From: an uncultured Actinomycetota bacterium
Lineage (GTDB): Bacteria > Actinomycetota > UBA4738 > HRBIN12
DNA: 64,000 nucleotides
Assembly: GCA_963839395.1 (NCBI GenBank)
Contig: CAWIUW010000013.1
Coordinates: 25,870 to 89,869 of the forward strand
Direction of reading: 5' to 3'
Shown here: positions 35,486 to 45,024 of the stretch, in pieces
Position numbering within the stretch: the stretch's first letter is position 1
Layout of the letters: each line of letters opens with the position of its first letter
The notes under the pieces: model-generated
What the model was told of the DNA's origin: nothing
The model's input: only the letters and a program-made list of their open reading frames with translations
The model's database searches: none
Translations under genes and position numbers: made by a program

Positions 35486-36894
35486 CCCGTGTTCCCTCCC
35501 GCTCGGGCGGCTCGTTCCCGGAGGAGCTCGCGATGTCCGTCATGTTGAAGTTCGAAGCGTTCGTTGATCTCGCCGAGGACCTCGCACAGCCGCTCGATCT
35601 GCTCGTCACCGTTCGCCGCGGTGATCTGGATCCGGAACCCGACCTCGTCCATGGGCACGAGCGGGTAGGCGGCCATCGTCACGTAGAGCCCGCTGTCGAA
35701 GAGGTAGCGACCGACCACATCGATGTCCTCGTGGTCGGCCAGGGGAACCTCGATCAGCGGGTAGCCGGATCGATTGGGCGTGTAGATGTCGAGCTCGTGG
35801 AGCCGGTCGAGGACCCGGCGGGTCTTCCGGTACATCTGGAGGCGGTTGAGATCGCCGCGTCGCTCGTTCACGTCGAGTCCCGCGATCGTCGTCGCGAGGG
35901 ACGCGATCGGCGAAGGCCCCGAGTAGAGGTAGGGAGGCGCCGCGACCTTCAACACGTCCTTGAGCCGCGTCGGCAGGGTGAGGAACGCGAGCAGCGACGA
36001 GTACGCCTTGGAGAAGCCGGCGACGAAGATCACGTTCTCGTAGGTCTCGCCCTGGTGGCGGACGACGCCGTTGCCGCGCTTGCCCCACGGACTGAGCTCG
36101 TCGGTCGCTCGCTCGCCGACGACCCCGAACCCGTGGGCGTCGTCGACGTAGAGGAGCGCGTCGTATTCGCGCGCCAGACGGGCGAACGCGTGCAGATCCG
36201 GCGCATTGCCGAGCATCGAGTTGACGCCGTCGAGCGCGATCACGCGAGGCGTGATCGCGCTCGACCGCAGCAGCTCCTCGAGATGGCCGGGGTCGTCGTG
36301 GCGGAAGCGTTGGACGGTCGCGCCGTGGCCGCGCGCGATCATCGCGCCGTCGTAGATCGTCTTGTGTGCCCGTCCGTCGAGGAACACCGTGCCCGCGCCC
36401 GCGAGGACCGGGATGACGGACATGTGGATGTGTGTGATCGTCGGGAACAGCAGGGTGTCCTCTCCCCCGACGAGCTCCGTCACCTTGTGCTCGATCTCCT
36501 CGTACAGCACCGGGCTCCCGAGGAGCCGCGACCACGACGGGTGGGTGCCCCACGCGTCGAGGTACGCCGGGACCGCATCGACGATCTCGCGGTCGAGGTC
36601 GAAGCCGAGGTAGTTGCACGACGCGAAGTCGAAGAGCCACCGGTCGCCGATCCGGATCCGCCGGCCGTCCTGCTCGTCGATCACGGCGTCGAGCATCGGG
36701 TGGGAGTTCTTCAGCCGAGCGAGGTCCGCGACGGTCTCCATCCAGCGATCGAGCCATCCGTCGCTCTGGCGCCGGAGCGGTTGCGGTCCGATCGGACCGG
36801 TCACGACCGTGTCGGTCGCCCGCCGGCGCGGGTCATCGGACCTCGCGCGAGCGAACCAGGGTGGACGGGAGGCGCGTTCAGCAAGCGGCGACAT
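35482..36894 (-). CDS. PLP-dependent alpha-oxoamine synthase family enzyme (BioF/KBL/SPT/CqsA-like class II aminotransferase)
   Basis: FASCNYLGFD, DDAHGFGVVG, PLP-lysine motif GFSKAYSS. ATG 36892-36894. The ORF-track N-terminal extension to 37311 is Arg-rich and spurious. Confidence 0.8.
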   Translation of the reverse strand: MSPLAERASRPPWFARARSDDPRRRATDTVVTGPIGPQPLRRQSDGWLDRWMETVADLARLKNSHPMLDAVIDEQDGRRIRIGDRWLFDFASCNYLGFDLDREIVDAVPAYLDAWGTHPSWSRLLGSPVLYEEIEHKVTELVGGEDTLLFPTITHIHMSVIPVLAGAGTVFLDGRAHKTIYDGAMIARGHGATVQRFRHDDPGHLEELLRSSAITPRVIALDGVNSMLGNAPDLHAFARLAREYDALLYVDDAHGFGVVGERATDELSPWGKRGNGVVRHQGETYENVIFVAGFSKAYSSLLAFLTLPTRLKDVLKVAAPPYLYSGPSPIASLATTIAGLDVNERRGDLNRLQMYRKTRRVLDRLHELDIYTPNRSGYPLIEVPLADHEDIDVVGRYLFDSGLYVTMAAYPLVPMDEVGFRIQITAANGDEQIERLCEVLGEINERFELQHDGHRELLRERAARAGGNTG

Positions 36895-37055
36895 GAGACC
36901 CGTATCGGCCGAATGGGTGAGGGGCTTAACACCTACAAGGGGGTATCTCCCGCGCCGGACCGAGCACGGACGCAGCACGGACGCGCCCCTCTTCGTGAGG
37001 GGCAACGCAGAACCCCCGCACGTGTGGCCCATATGGGGGACACCGGGCTCGCGAT

Positions 37056-39200
37056 TCAGGCGTCGACGGGGAGGCTGCCGGCCAAGGTCGTGCCCCCGCC
37101 CGGGGTCGATCGAACCTCCATCGAACCGTCGAGCGCCGAGAGCCGGTCGGCGATCCCCTGCAGCCCGGTGCCGTGGGAGGACGTGGCCGCGTCGAAGCCC
37201 ACGCCGTCGTCGGTTACCTCGAAGCGAAGACGCCCGTCGCCGTCGGTCAATCGCACGGTGGCTCGTGAGGCCGAGGCGTACTTCGCGACGTTCTGCAGCG
37301 CCTCCAGGCACGAGAAGTACACGGCCGCCTCGGCTTCGCGCGCGTACCGCCCGACGCCCTCGGCCTCGATCGTGACCGGCACCGCCGACTTCCGGGCCTG
37401 CGATCCGAGCGCCGCGGCGAGCCCCTGGTCGGCGAGGAGCGGCGGGTAGATCCCGCGCGCGAGGTCCCGGAGCTCCTCGAGCGCCTCGGTCGCGTCTCCC
37501 TGGAGCTGCCCGGCGATCGACTTCGCCTGTCCGGGGTCGCGCTCGACCAACCGCTCGAGGAGCCCGAGCTTCACGGTGAGCGCCACGAGCTGCTGTTGCG
37601 CGCCGTCGTGCAGGTTCCGTTCGAGCTTCCGTCGCTCCTCGTCCTGCGCGGTGACGAGTCGCTGGCGAGACGTGCGGAGCTGCTCGATCGTGTCCAGGAG
37701 GTCCTCGGTGAGCGCCGCGTTCCGCATCACGAGTCCGGCCTGCGCCGCGAGGTCCTGGACCAGCTTCTCCTCGGTCGCCGAGAGCGACTCCCCCGCCCGC
37801 TTCTCGATCGAGAGCGCGCCCAGCAGCTCGTCGCGATGACGGACCGGCTCGAAGAAGGTGGAGCTCGTCGCGACGCGTTCCTCCGACGACGACACCGCCC
37901 GCGATGGCGGTGCCACTGCCTCATCGGGCCACGTCGCTTCGGGCCGGAGCTCATCAGAGACGCGCACCCACACGTCGGCCCGCGCCGCCCCGGTGCCCTC
38001 CCCGAGCGCTCGCGCCATCCTCGGGAGCAGCTCTTCGTTCGCGTACGTCTGCCCGACCCGCTCGGAGAACTCCGACAGCACCTCGTACGGTGTGGCGCGC
38101 TTCCCGTAGACGAGGCGGTCGGCGAGGCGTTGCGCCCGCCGCCGGGCCGGCTGGAACGCGAGGGCAACGACGGCCGCGGCGGCGGCCGAGAGCACGGGGC
38201 TCGCCTGACTCCCCACGAGCGCGCCCACCCCGACGACGATCGCCACGTAGACCACCGTGATGAACACGGCGAGCGCCCCGAAGAGCACCGCCTTGTTGAT
38301 CACGACGTCGATGTCGAACAGCCGGTACCGCAGGATCGACACCCCGATCGCGAGCGGGATCAGCACGAACGACGGGACCACGATGGTCTGGAGCAGCGTG
38401 AGCCAGCCCGGTTGGTCCTCTGCTCCCCAGGAGTACGGGATCGAGGCGATCATCGCTCCGGCATAGAGCAACGCGACGAAGACCGCGGCGGTGAGCAGCC
38501 ACCGCAGCTGGAGCCGCTCGACCCCGCTCGACCGCCGGAAACGAAGGATCAGCGCGACCAACGACCCGATCACCCCGATGGGGATCACGAGGATCAGGGC
38601 CTGCGCGGCGTTCAGGAACGGACCGAGGGCCTCGATCCCCAGCGGGTTCGGCTCCGTCGGAGCGATCGACTCCGACATCGGAGCCGGATCGAGCAAGATC
38701 GAGAGGTAGATCACCACGAGCGCGACCCCGAGCGACCACGCGAACCATCGCCACCGCGGCGACGGCAGATGCCCGTCCGGGAACAGCAGGAGGAGGAACG
38801 TGACGGGCAGCACCACGATCGGGACCCAGCTCGGCGAATCGAACGCGATCAGCACGAGGCCGGTGTCTGGGTCGCCCGAGTAGAGCAGGTACTCCCCGAG
38901 CGAGGTGAGGATCGCCGTCAGCCCGAAGAACGTCCCCATCCCGAGCATCAGCCATCCGATCGAGTTCTCCGGGCGGCGGACCGCCAGCACGTACCCGATC
39001 ACCGGGAACATCGCGAACGAGAGGACGAAGCTGATGTCCCCGAGCGGGTTGCCGGCACCGGGAGGACGGATGGAAGCGGCGAGGAACGTGAACACGAGCC
39101 CGATCGCGAAGCCGAGCGCCGTGACGCCGGCCAGGACACGTGCGAGCAGCAGGTGCCTGCCGCGCTCGACGTCGGCGGGAGGAGTCCGTTCCTGCAGCAC
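37056..39200 (-). CDS. Orphan sensor histidine kinase of the HisKA_3 (NarX/DesK-like) class with a 9-10 TM N-terminal domain
   Basis: H-box ERRKLERNLHDGAQQQLVAL. HATPase_c GTGLQGIADRLSALDGSMEVRS. Long polytopic N-terminus. GTG start proposed at 39198-39200. Confidence 0.8.
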   Translation of the reverse strand: MLQERTPPADVERGRHLLLARVLAGVTALGFAIGLVFTFLAASIRPPGAGNPLGDISFVLSFAMFPVIGYVLAVRRPENSIGWLMLGMGTFFGLTAILTSLGEYLLYSGDPDTGLVLIAFDSPSWVPIVVLPVTFLLLLFPDGHLPSPRWRWFAWSLGVALVVIYLSILLDPAPMSESIAPTEPNPLGIEALGPFLNAAQALILVIPIGVIGSLVALILRFRRSSGVERLQLRWLLTAAVFVALLYAGAMIASIPYSWGAEDQPGWLTLLQTIVVPSFVLIPLAIGVSILRYRLFDIDVVINKAVLFGALAVFITVVYVAIVVGVGALVGSQASPVLSAAAAAVVALAFQPARRRAQRLADRLVYGKRATPYEVLSEFSERVGQTYANEELLPRMARALGEGTGAARADVWVRVSDELRPEATWPDEAVAPPSRAVSSSEERVATSSTFFEPVRHRDELLGALSIEKRAGESLSATEEKLVQDLAAQAGLVMRNAALTEDLLDTIEQLRTSRQRLVTAQDEERRKLERNLHDGAQQQLVALTVKLGLLERLVERDPGQAKSIAGQLQGDATEALEELRDLARGIYPPLLADQGLAAALGSQARKSAVPVTIEAEGVGRYAREAEAAVYFSCLEALQNVAKYASASRATVRLTDGDGRLRFEVTDDGVGFDAATSSHGTGLQGIADRLSALDGSMEVRSTPGGGTTLAGSLPVDA

Positions 39201-39306
39201 GGGTGGATGTTCGCACGGTCGTCGGTCCGCACCCAAGGGCGCCGACCTGCGGATCTGCTGGGAGGCAGGCCCCTCGCTCGGCCCAGGTGCCACCACCACG
39301 CGTCGA

Positions 39307-40596
39307 TCAGGGTTCGACGGTTCCCGAAGCCTCCTCCCCGGTGTCGAGCCGGACGTCACCACCGTCGGCTGCCTCCGACCCGAGACGCTTCCACCCCTCG
39401 CGCTCCAACAGCAGCGAGACGGCGGTCCCGAGCACGAGTGCCCAGAAGAACGGACCCAATCCGAGCAGCCTGAGATCCGAGAGCGCGATCGCGAACGCGA
39501 ACAGCGGCCCCAGGATCAGCGGCCCGCTCGTGATCTCCCGGAGCGCGCTCACGAGGGCGGGGATCAGCGCCAGCCCTGCCATCGCGAGGAGCAAGACCGG
39601 GGGGACGAGGACCGCCAGATCCGCGGCCGTGCCCGCGAACAGCGCGATCAGCGCGCCCGTCGCGACCGGGAGGAAGACGGCGCGGTAGCGGAGCGATCGG
39701 TCGCCGGCCCCCGGTCCCGCGGCGAGCAACAACGGCGGCAACGCCAGCGACATGGCGATCGGGCCGAAGAACGAGCCCGCGACCGTGCCGATCCCGCTCA
39801 CGATGTTGATGAGTCGCTCGGGCGGTCGGAATCCCTGGCTCCGGAGGTAGATGACCGAGGGGACGTTCGATTGCACCGTGAGCAGGGCGACCAGCACCGG
39901 TGTGGCGGTGACGATCGCGGTCCAGGAGAACCCGGGTCGCACGACCTCGAGGCTCGGAAACTCGAGGGAAGAGGGCACGGCTCCGAGTTGCCCGGTCACG
40001 GCCGCCACCAGGAGTCCGGCGACGAACGAAGGGAGGATCGCCGGAAGTCGTGACCCGAGGAACCGCTGACTCAACAGATAGACCACGAGCGCCGAACCGA
40101 CCATCAACGGCACCTCTGCGGGGATCGCCACACCGCCCACCGACGTGCTGATCGACGAGAACATGTCGACGACGAACGGCATCACGGCCCCGGCGATCAG
40201 ACCGTGGACGATGGGCGCGGGGATCCAGGTCGCGACCGATCCCGTGAGGCCGAAGACGGCCGCCAGGAGCACCAGCGCCCCGGCCACGAGGGATGCTCCG
40301 GCGAGATCCGCGAACGCGATCTGGTCGCCCAGCGAGACGAAGAAGATGATCGCGAAGATGTTCCCGGTGAGGATGAGCGGCTGGCGGTACCGGATCGAGA
40401 GCACCAGGGTCGGGATCATCGGGAGTCCGTAGACGACGGCGATCCACCCGCTGGACTGCTCCTCGGAGAGCGCCAGCCCGCCGGGCCCCGCCGCGGTGAG
40501 GATGATCCCGAGGACCGCGAAGAACACGATCGCGATGGGGATCGAGGCGATCAAGGCAGGCAGCGTGCGCCGGAGCTCCCCCGAGGTGCGCATCAT
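39307..40596 (-). CDS. BenE-family benzoate/H+ symporter-like membrane transporter
   Basis: Start MMRTSGELRRTLPALIASIPIAIVFFAVLG... at 40594-40596. About 12 TM. The BenE family pattern is present throughout. Confidence 0.7.
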   Translation of the reverse strand: MMRTSGELRRTLPALIASIPIAIVFFAVLGIILTAAGPGGLALSEEQSSGWIAVVYGLPMIPTLVLSIRYRQPLILTGNIFAIIFFVSLGDQIAFADLAGASLVAGALVLLAAVFGLTGSVATWIPAPIVHGLIAGAVMPFVVDMFSSISTSVGGVAIPAEVPLMVGSALVVYLLSQRFLGSRLPAILPSFVAGLLVAAVTGQLGAVPSSLEFPSLEVVRPGFSWTAIVTATPVLVALLTVQSNVPSVIYLRSQGFRPPERLINIVSGIGTVAGSFFGPIAMSLALPPLLLAAGPGAGDRSLRYRAVFLPVATGALIALFAGTAADLAVLVPPVLLLAMAGLALIPALVSALREITSGPLILGPLFAFAIALSDLRLLGLGPFFWALVLGTAVSLLLEREGWKRLGSEAADGGDVRLDTGEEASGTVEP

Positions 40597-40603
40597 CGGT
40601 CCC

Positions 40604-42184
40604 TCAGTTGGCGGGCCTGATCGGCCTGCCGAGATAGACCCACACGGCATCGGTGTCCGCGTCCACGCCGACCGCCAGCACCTCGGCGCCGACCGGGAAC
40701 TCCTGCACGTCGCGGCTGGACGCGTCCACGCGGTAGATGGAGCCGTCGCGATCTCCGATCCAGATGGCATCGCGACCCGCCGCGATGTCGGTGGCATCGT
40801 TGCCGACGCGGGCCGAGCCCCTCACCGAACCGGACACGGTATCGACCTGGGTGACGATCCCGACCTGCGCATCGAGGATCCAGAGCTCGTCGCCGCGGCC
40901 GACCATCTGGTCGATGCTCCCGGCGATCTCGATCCGTTCCCCCGTCGGCTGCAGGGTCTCCCGGTCGACACGGTTCACCACTCCCTCGAGGATGTCTGCC
41001 ACCCACAGGCCGTTCTTTGTGCCGACCATCGGCCCGATCGAGAGGTTCGTCTCCGTCTGGTCACGAGCTCCGGTCGCCGGGTCCATGCGGACGAGCGTCC
41101 CGTCGCTATCGCCGACCCAGAGCAGTCTGTCGACCGCGAGTGAATATGTCGCGATCCCGGCCGCGGACGGCAGGACGAGGAACGGCCGCGGCTCATCGGT
41201 CCCCGGGTGCACGCGATAGAGGGTGCGGTCGGTGAGAACCCACACGGCATCGAGGCCGGCTTCAACGGACTGCGACGTGCCGACGCCGACCTCGATCCTG
41301 TCAGATCGCAGATCTCCGTCGATCGGATCGATGTGAAGGAGTTTGGGTGGTCTCATCAACCACACGCCGCCCTCACCGACGGCCAACGGGTGATCGATGA
41401 ATCTGAGGTCGTCGGAGAAGCGGCTCTGATCCCCTCCGATGAACACGGTCTTCCCGACCCGCCCGGTCTCGGGGTCGATGCTCGCCACCGTGTTCCTGAG
41501 GACATCGCTGCCGACGGCAGGCTGCTCGGCCCCACCTCCCCACACCACCCACGCCCCCACGATCAGCGCGAGGACGCCGGCCGCGATGCCCACGAGCAAC
41601 GCCCAGCGTCGTCCACCCGCCGGGAAGATCTCCCGTCGGCGCTCGGCCGCCACCTCCTCTTCGAGAGGTGGCGCCACTTCACGGCCGTCGACTCCGGTCA
41701 CGCCGAAGAGCCGGAACTCGCCGTCGAGCCCCTTGAGCTGATGGACGCCGTGCTCGGCGAACGTGATGCCTGCGCCGGGAACGATCTCTCGCACGGAGGC
41801 AGGAACCAGGACCTCCCCCGCACCTGCGACCGACATCACCCGAGCCGCGGTGTTCACGACGAGGCCGCCGGGCTTCCGGCCGACCGTCTCCAGCTCGCCG
41901 AAGCTGACGCCGGCCCTGATCTCGATCCCGAGCCCGCGGACGGCCTCGGTGGCCTCGACGGCACACCGGATCGCGTCGGCGGGGCGTTCGAACGCCACGA
42001 AGAACCCGTCGCCGGCGGTGTCGATCTCACGGCCACCGAAGCGACTGATCAGACGGCGAAGGAGCCGGTGATGCCGGGCCACGAGCTCGCCCCACCGGGT
42101 GTTGCCCATCTCGGCGGCGATCGCCGTGGAGCCGACGATGTCGGTGAACAGAACGGCGCCGAGGCCGCCGGTGCGCCGCTGCAT
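40604..42184 (-). CDS. Membrane-anchored class III adenylate/guanylate cyclase with an extracytoplasmic beta-propeller-like C-terminal domain
   Basis: Cyclase AVLFTDIVGSTAIAAEMG...GDGFFVAFERPADAIRCA. One TM (WALLVGIAAGVLALIVGAWVVW). The C-terminal region has repeated D/G/W/V beta-strand motifs. The stop is 7 nt before the BenE start. Confidence 0.8.
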   Translation of the reverse strand: MQRRTGGLGAVLFTDIVGSTAIAAEMGNTRWGELVARHHRLLRRLISRFGGREIDTAGDGFFVAFERPADAIRCAVEATEAVRGLGIEIRAGVSFGELETVGRKPGGLVVNTAARVMSVAGAGEVLVPASVREIVPGAGITFAEHGVHQLKGLDGEFRLFGVTGVDGREVAPPLEEEVAAERRREIFPAGGRRWALLVGIAAGVLALIVGAWVVWGGGAEQPAVGSDVLRNTVASIDPETGRVGKTVFIGGDQSRFSDDLRFIDHPLAVGEGGVWLMRPPKLLHIDPIDGDLRSDRIEVGVGTSQSVEAGLDAVWVLTDRTLYRVHPGTDEPRPFLVLPSAAGIATYSLAVDRLLWVGDSDGTLVRMDPATGARDQTETNLSIGPMVGTKNGLWVADILEGVVNRVDRETLQPTGERIEIAGSIDQMVGRGDELWILDAQVGIVTQVDTVSGSVRGSARVGNDATDIAAGRDAIWIGDRDGSIYRVDASSRDVQEFPVGAEVLAVGVDADTDAVWVYLGRPIRPAN

Positions 42185-42249
42185 GGGCGGAGTCTAGGGT
42201 CGCCTCGGTCCCGGGTCGAGCCAAGGGGAGTTCGGCCGGCCGCGCAGGT

Positions 42250-43023
42250 TCAGGAGTGGATCGAGCGTGTCCTGCGGCAGGTCGGGTACCGAGAGCATCC
42301 GAGGAACCGCGCTCCGTCGGTCGTGCGGGTCCGAGGGATCATGTGTCCCCCGCAGCCGCATCGTTCCGACGGGAGCGTGTCAACCCACGTGTTGGCATCC
42401 GCCGCGGCCGCGGCGAGCACGATGACGTCACTCGAACGGAGGATCGGCGGCTGCCCCAGCATCCAATGCTTCACCGCACGTGGGCCACCCACGAAGACGT
42501 CAACCGGCCGTTCCTCTACGGTCCATTCGTCGGCAAGGATCGCGAGCAGTCCCCGCACCTCCACCGATCTGCCGATCGCCCTGGACAGCAACCTCGCGGT
42601 CCGGACTGCTTCCTCGGACGCCTTCGGCAGGAAGTCCGTCCGTTGGCCGTGGTGAGTGACCGAGCCCGAGGTCACGACGATCTCGCCTGAGAGGTATCTG
42701 GTGTTGATCGTGAAGACCCCGCTCGGCCCGATCACGAGATGGTCGATGTGGGCGCCTCGCGCGCCGACCGGGACGTCGTGGAACGCGAACCAGCCGTCGG
42801 GCAGGCGCCCCAGCCACCAGCCGGTGATGCGTTCGCCGCTCGCTTCCCTGCGCCACGCGCGCTTGTCGGTGTGGATCCCCAAGAGCCGTGCGAAGCGGCT
42901 CCCAACGGGCTGGGCAGCCCTGAGCTCATGAGGCTGTTCGGTGACCGACGTGCCGGGTCGGCGCCCAACCGGCGTCTCGCCCGGCCCGACGCTCGGCATC
43001 CGTTCGTTGGGATCGACAGCCAT
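42250..43023 (-). CDS. NERD (nuclease-related) domain protein fused to a topoisomerase-type C4 zinc ribbon
   Basis: NERD core ...GWFAFHDVPVGARGAHIDHLVIGPSGVFTINTRY.... C-terminal CGCGGHMIPRTRTTDGARFLGCSRYPTC. Confidence 0.65.
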   Translation of the reverse strand: MAVDPNERMPSVGPGETPVGRRPGTSVTEQPHELRAAQPVGSRFARLLGIHTDKRAWRREASGERITGWWLGRLPDGWFAFHDVPVGARGAHIDHLVIGPSGVFTINTRYLSGEIVVTSGSVTHHGQRTDFLPKASEEAVRTARLLSRAIGRSVEVRGLLAILADEWTVEERPVDVFVGGPRAVKHWMLGQPPILRSSDVIVLAAAAADANTWVDTLPSERCGCGGHMIPRTRTTDGARFLGCSRYPTCRRTRSIHS

Positions 43024-43160
43024 AGAGGGATGCTCGGCACGTCGAGCGATTTCCTGAGCTGGCGCTCATCGATGTTGCTCGCACCAGGCGTCTGTCTCCC
43101 GGAAGTCGAGTAGCTATTCGATGACCCCGCGGTCCCCCGGGTTCGCCCACGGTCCCCCCA

Positions 43161-45011
43161 ATGCCCCACATCTGCTGTGGGACTGCCGACACCGGCACAT
43201 TCCCTCCTCCGCGCGATACCGCTCAACCGGTTCGGCCCTCAAAGTTGGCCCTTCGTCCAGGGCCGGCACCGGTCGGTCGCGACAGGGAGGGGACACCGCT
43301 GCTCGAGATCTCGGTCAGGAGGTCGGCGGTCGATGCTGCCCCGAGGAGCTTCATCGCCGTCGCGAGCCTCATCCTCTGCGCGGTGATCGCCGCCACCCTC
43401 GTCCAAGCGCCCTCGACCGACTCCCGGCCCGACATATCGGTTCTGATCCACGAAGCGGATCCGGCTTCGCGCCTCGCAGAGGATCTCGTCCACGCTATAG
43501 GCGGCAACGTCACTCGACCGCTCCCCCTGATAGGCGGGTTCGCTGCGTCCGTGCCGGACGATCGCCTCTCGATGCTGGCCGCCGACGACGCGATCATCGA
43601 GCTCTCCGTCGACGGCCGCATCCAGATGGCCTCGTCCGGCACGGACGCATACGACGCACTCGACCCCAACCTCGCCTGGCGGAAGGCGATCCGCCTGGGC
43701 CAGCTGCCGGCCGGGATCGATGGCAGCGGCGTAACCGTCGCGATGATCGATACCGGCGTGGCACACCATGAGGATCTCGGCGACCGGGTGGTCGCGCGGG
43801 TCGACTTCACGCCGGGCGGAGCCGGGGACGACCAGTTCGGACACGGCACCCATCTCGCGGGCGTGATCGCCGGCGACGGGACAGCCTCTTCGGGCAAATG
43901 GCGTGGGGTCGCCCCCGCGGCACAGCTCGTTTCCGTGAAGGTCGCCGGCGCGGATGGCTCCACCGACGTGTCCGTCGTGATCGCGGCACTCCAATGGGTT
44001 GTTTCACACCGGGATCAGTTCCACATCCGCGTGCTGAACCTCTCGTTCGGAACCGACTCGATCCAGCCGTACGCGCTCGACCCACTCGACGCGGCCGTCG
44101 AGCGCGCATGGGCCGCCGGCATCACGGTGATCGTCTCGGCCGGGAACCGCGGCCCCGGGCTCGGGACGATCGCCAAGCCGGGCGACGATCCCTACGTCAT
44201 CACGGTCGGCGCAGCGGATCTGAACCAAACCCCAGAGCGGTGGGACGACGAGGTGGCTCCGTTCTCGAGCCGAGGTCCCACCCAAGACGGCTTCGAGAAA
44301 CCGGACCTCGTCGCACCCGGGACGACGATCGTCGCCACGCGCGACGTAGGCAGCGCGGTCGACCAACTCCACCCCGAGGCCATCATGGACGACCGATACT
44401 TCAAGGGCACGGGGACCTCGCAGAGCGGCGCGATCGCATCGGGCGTGGCCGCGCTGATGTACGAGGCCAACCCGCACCTGTCGCCGAATCGCGTGAAGGG
44501 GATCCTCACCGGCACGGCCTTCAAGACGGCGGCCTACCGCGTCGGGGGCGGCGACGGCCTCATCGACGCCACCGGTGCCGTGCTTGCAGCCACGAGCGAT
44601 GTCGCCAACCCGAACGCCGGGTTGATCAGATCGACCGGGCTGGGGACGCTCGAAGGCAGCCGAGGTCGCTTCCACGTGGAAACCGATCTCGATGGGGACG
44701 GGCAGCCGGACCTGGTCGAGGGCGAGACGGATGTCCTCGGCGACCCGTGGGACTCGAACTCGTGGTCCTCGACCTCGTGGTCGTCGAACTCCTGGAGCTC
44801 CACCTCATGGTCGTCCTTGATCGGGGAGAACGACGGCTGGTCGAGCACATCGTGGAGCTCGACATCGTGGAGCGGGATGAGCTGGAGTTCGACCTCATGG
44901 AGTTCGAACAGCTGGAGCTCCACCTCGTGGAGCTCCACCAGTTGGAGTTCGACCTCATGGAGTTCGACCAGTTGGAGCTCGAACAGTTGGAGCTCGGTCG
45001 CCTGGAGCTGA
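43161..45011 (+). CDS. Secreted subtilisin-like S8 serine protease with a C-terminal (S/N)(T/S)SWSS repeat tail (copy 2). Its 5' end is uncertain, with a probable frameshift near 43335.
   Basis: About 80% identical in protein to copy 1, with the same triad motifs. ATG 43333 has a perfect AGGAGG SD 9 nt upstream, but it is +1 to the main frame. Adding one nt after MLPR gives the signal peptide MLPRRSFIAVASLILCAVIAATLVQA. Confidence 0.8.
   Translation: MPHICCGTADTGTFPPPRDTAQPVRPSKLALRPGPAPVGRDREGTPLLEISVRRSAVDAAPRSFIAVASLILCAVIAATLVQAPSTDSRPDISVLIHEADPASRLAEDLVHAIGGNVTRPLPLIGGFAASVPDDRLSMLAADDAIIELSVDGRIQMASSGTDAYDALDPNLAWRKAIRLGQLPAGIDGSGVTVAMIDTGVAHHEDLGDRVVARVDFTPGGAGDDQFGHGTHLAGVIAGDGTASSGKWRGVAPAAQLVSVKVAGADGSTDVSVVIAALQWVVSHRDQFHIRVLNLSFGTDSIQPYALDPLDAAVERAWAAGITVIVSAGNRGPGLGTIAKPGDDPYVITVGAADLNQTPERWDDEVAPFSSRGPTQDGFEKPDLVAPGTTIVATRDVGSAVDQLHPEAIMDDRYFKGTGTSQSGAIASGVAALMYEANPHLSPNRVKGILTGTAFKTAAYRVGGGDGLIDATGAVLAATSDVANPNAGLIRSTGLGTLEGSRGRFHVETDLDGDGQPDLVEGETDVLGDPWDSNSWSSTSWSSNSWSSTSWSSLIGENDGWSSTSWSSTSWSGMSWSSTSWSSNSWSSTSWSSTSWSSTSWSSTSWSSNSWSSVAWS
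44748..45008 (+). repeat. 18-bp tandem repeat array, about 14 units, encoding the SWSS hexapeptide tail of protease copy 2
   Basis: Same unit and same internal interruptions (LIGENDGW, SWSGMSWSS) as copy 1. Confidence 0.9.
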
Positions 45012-45024
45012 ATGGGTAGATGAC

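Noticed and set aside
35482-37311. Long N-terminal extension (609 aa) of the alpha-oxoamine synthase ORF
   Set aside because: The upstream 139 codons are Arg/Gly/Pro-rich without homology. A conserved AONS-family N-terminus begins after ATG 36894.
37596-39473. 625-aa plus-strand ORF
   Set aside because: It is antisense to the HisKA_3 histidine kinase and BenE genes. It has R/E/D-rich low complexity.
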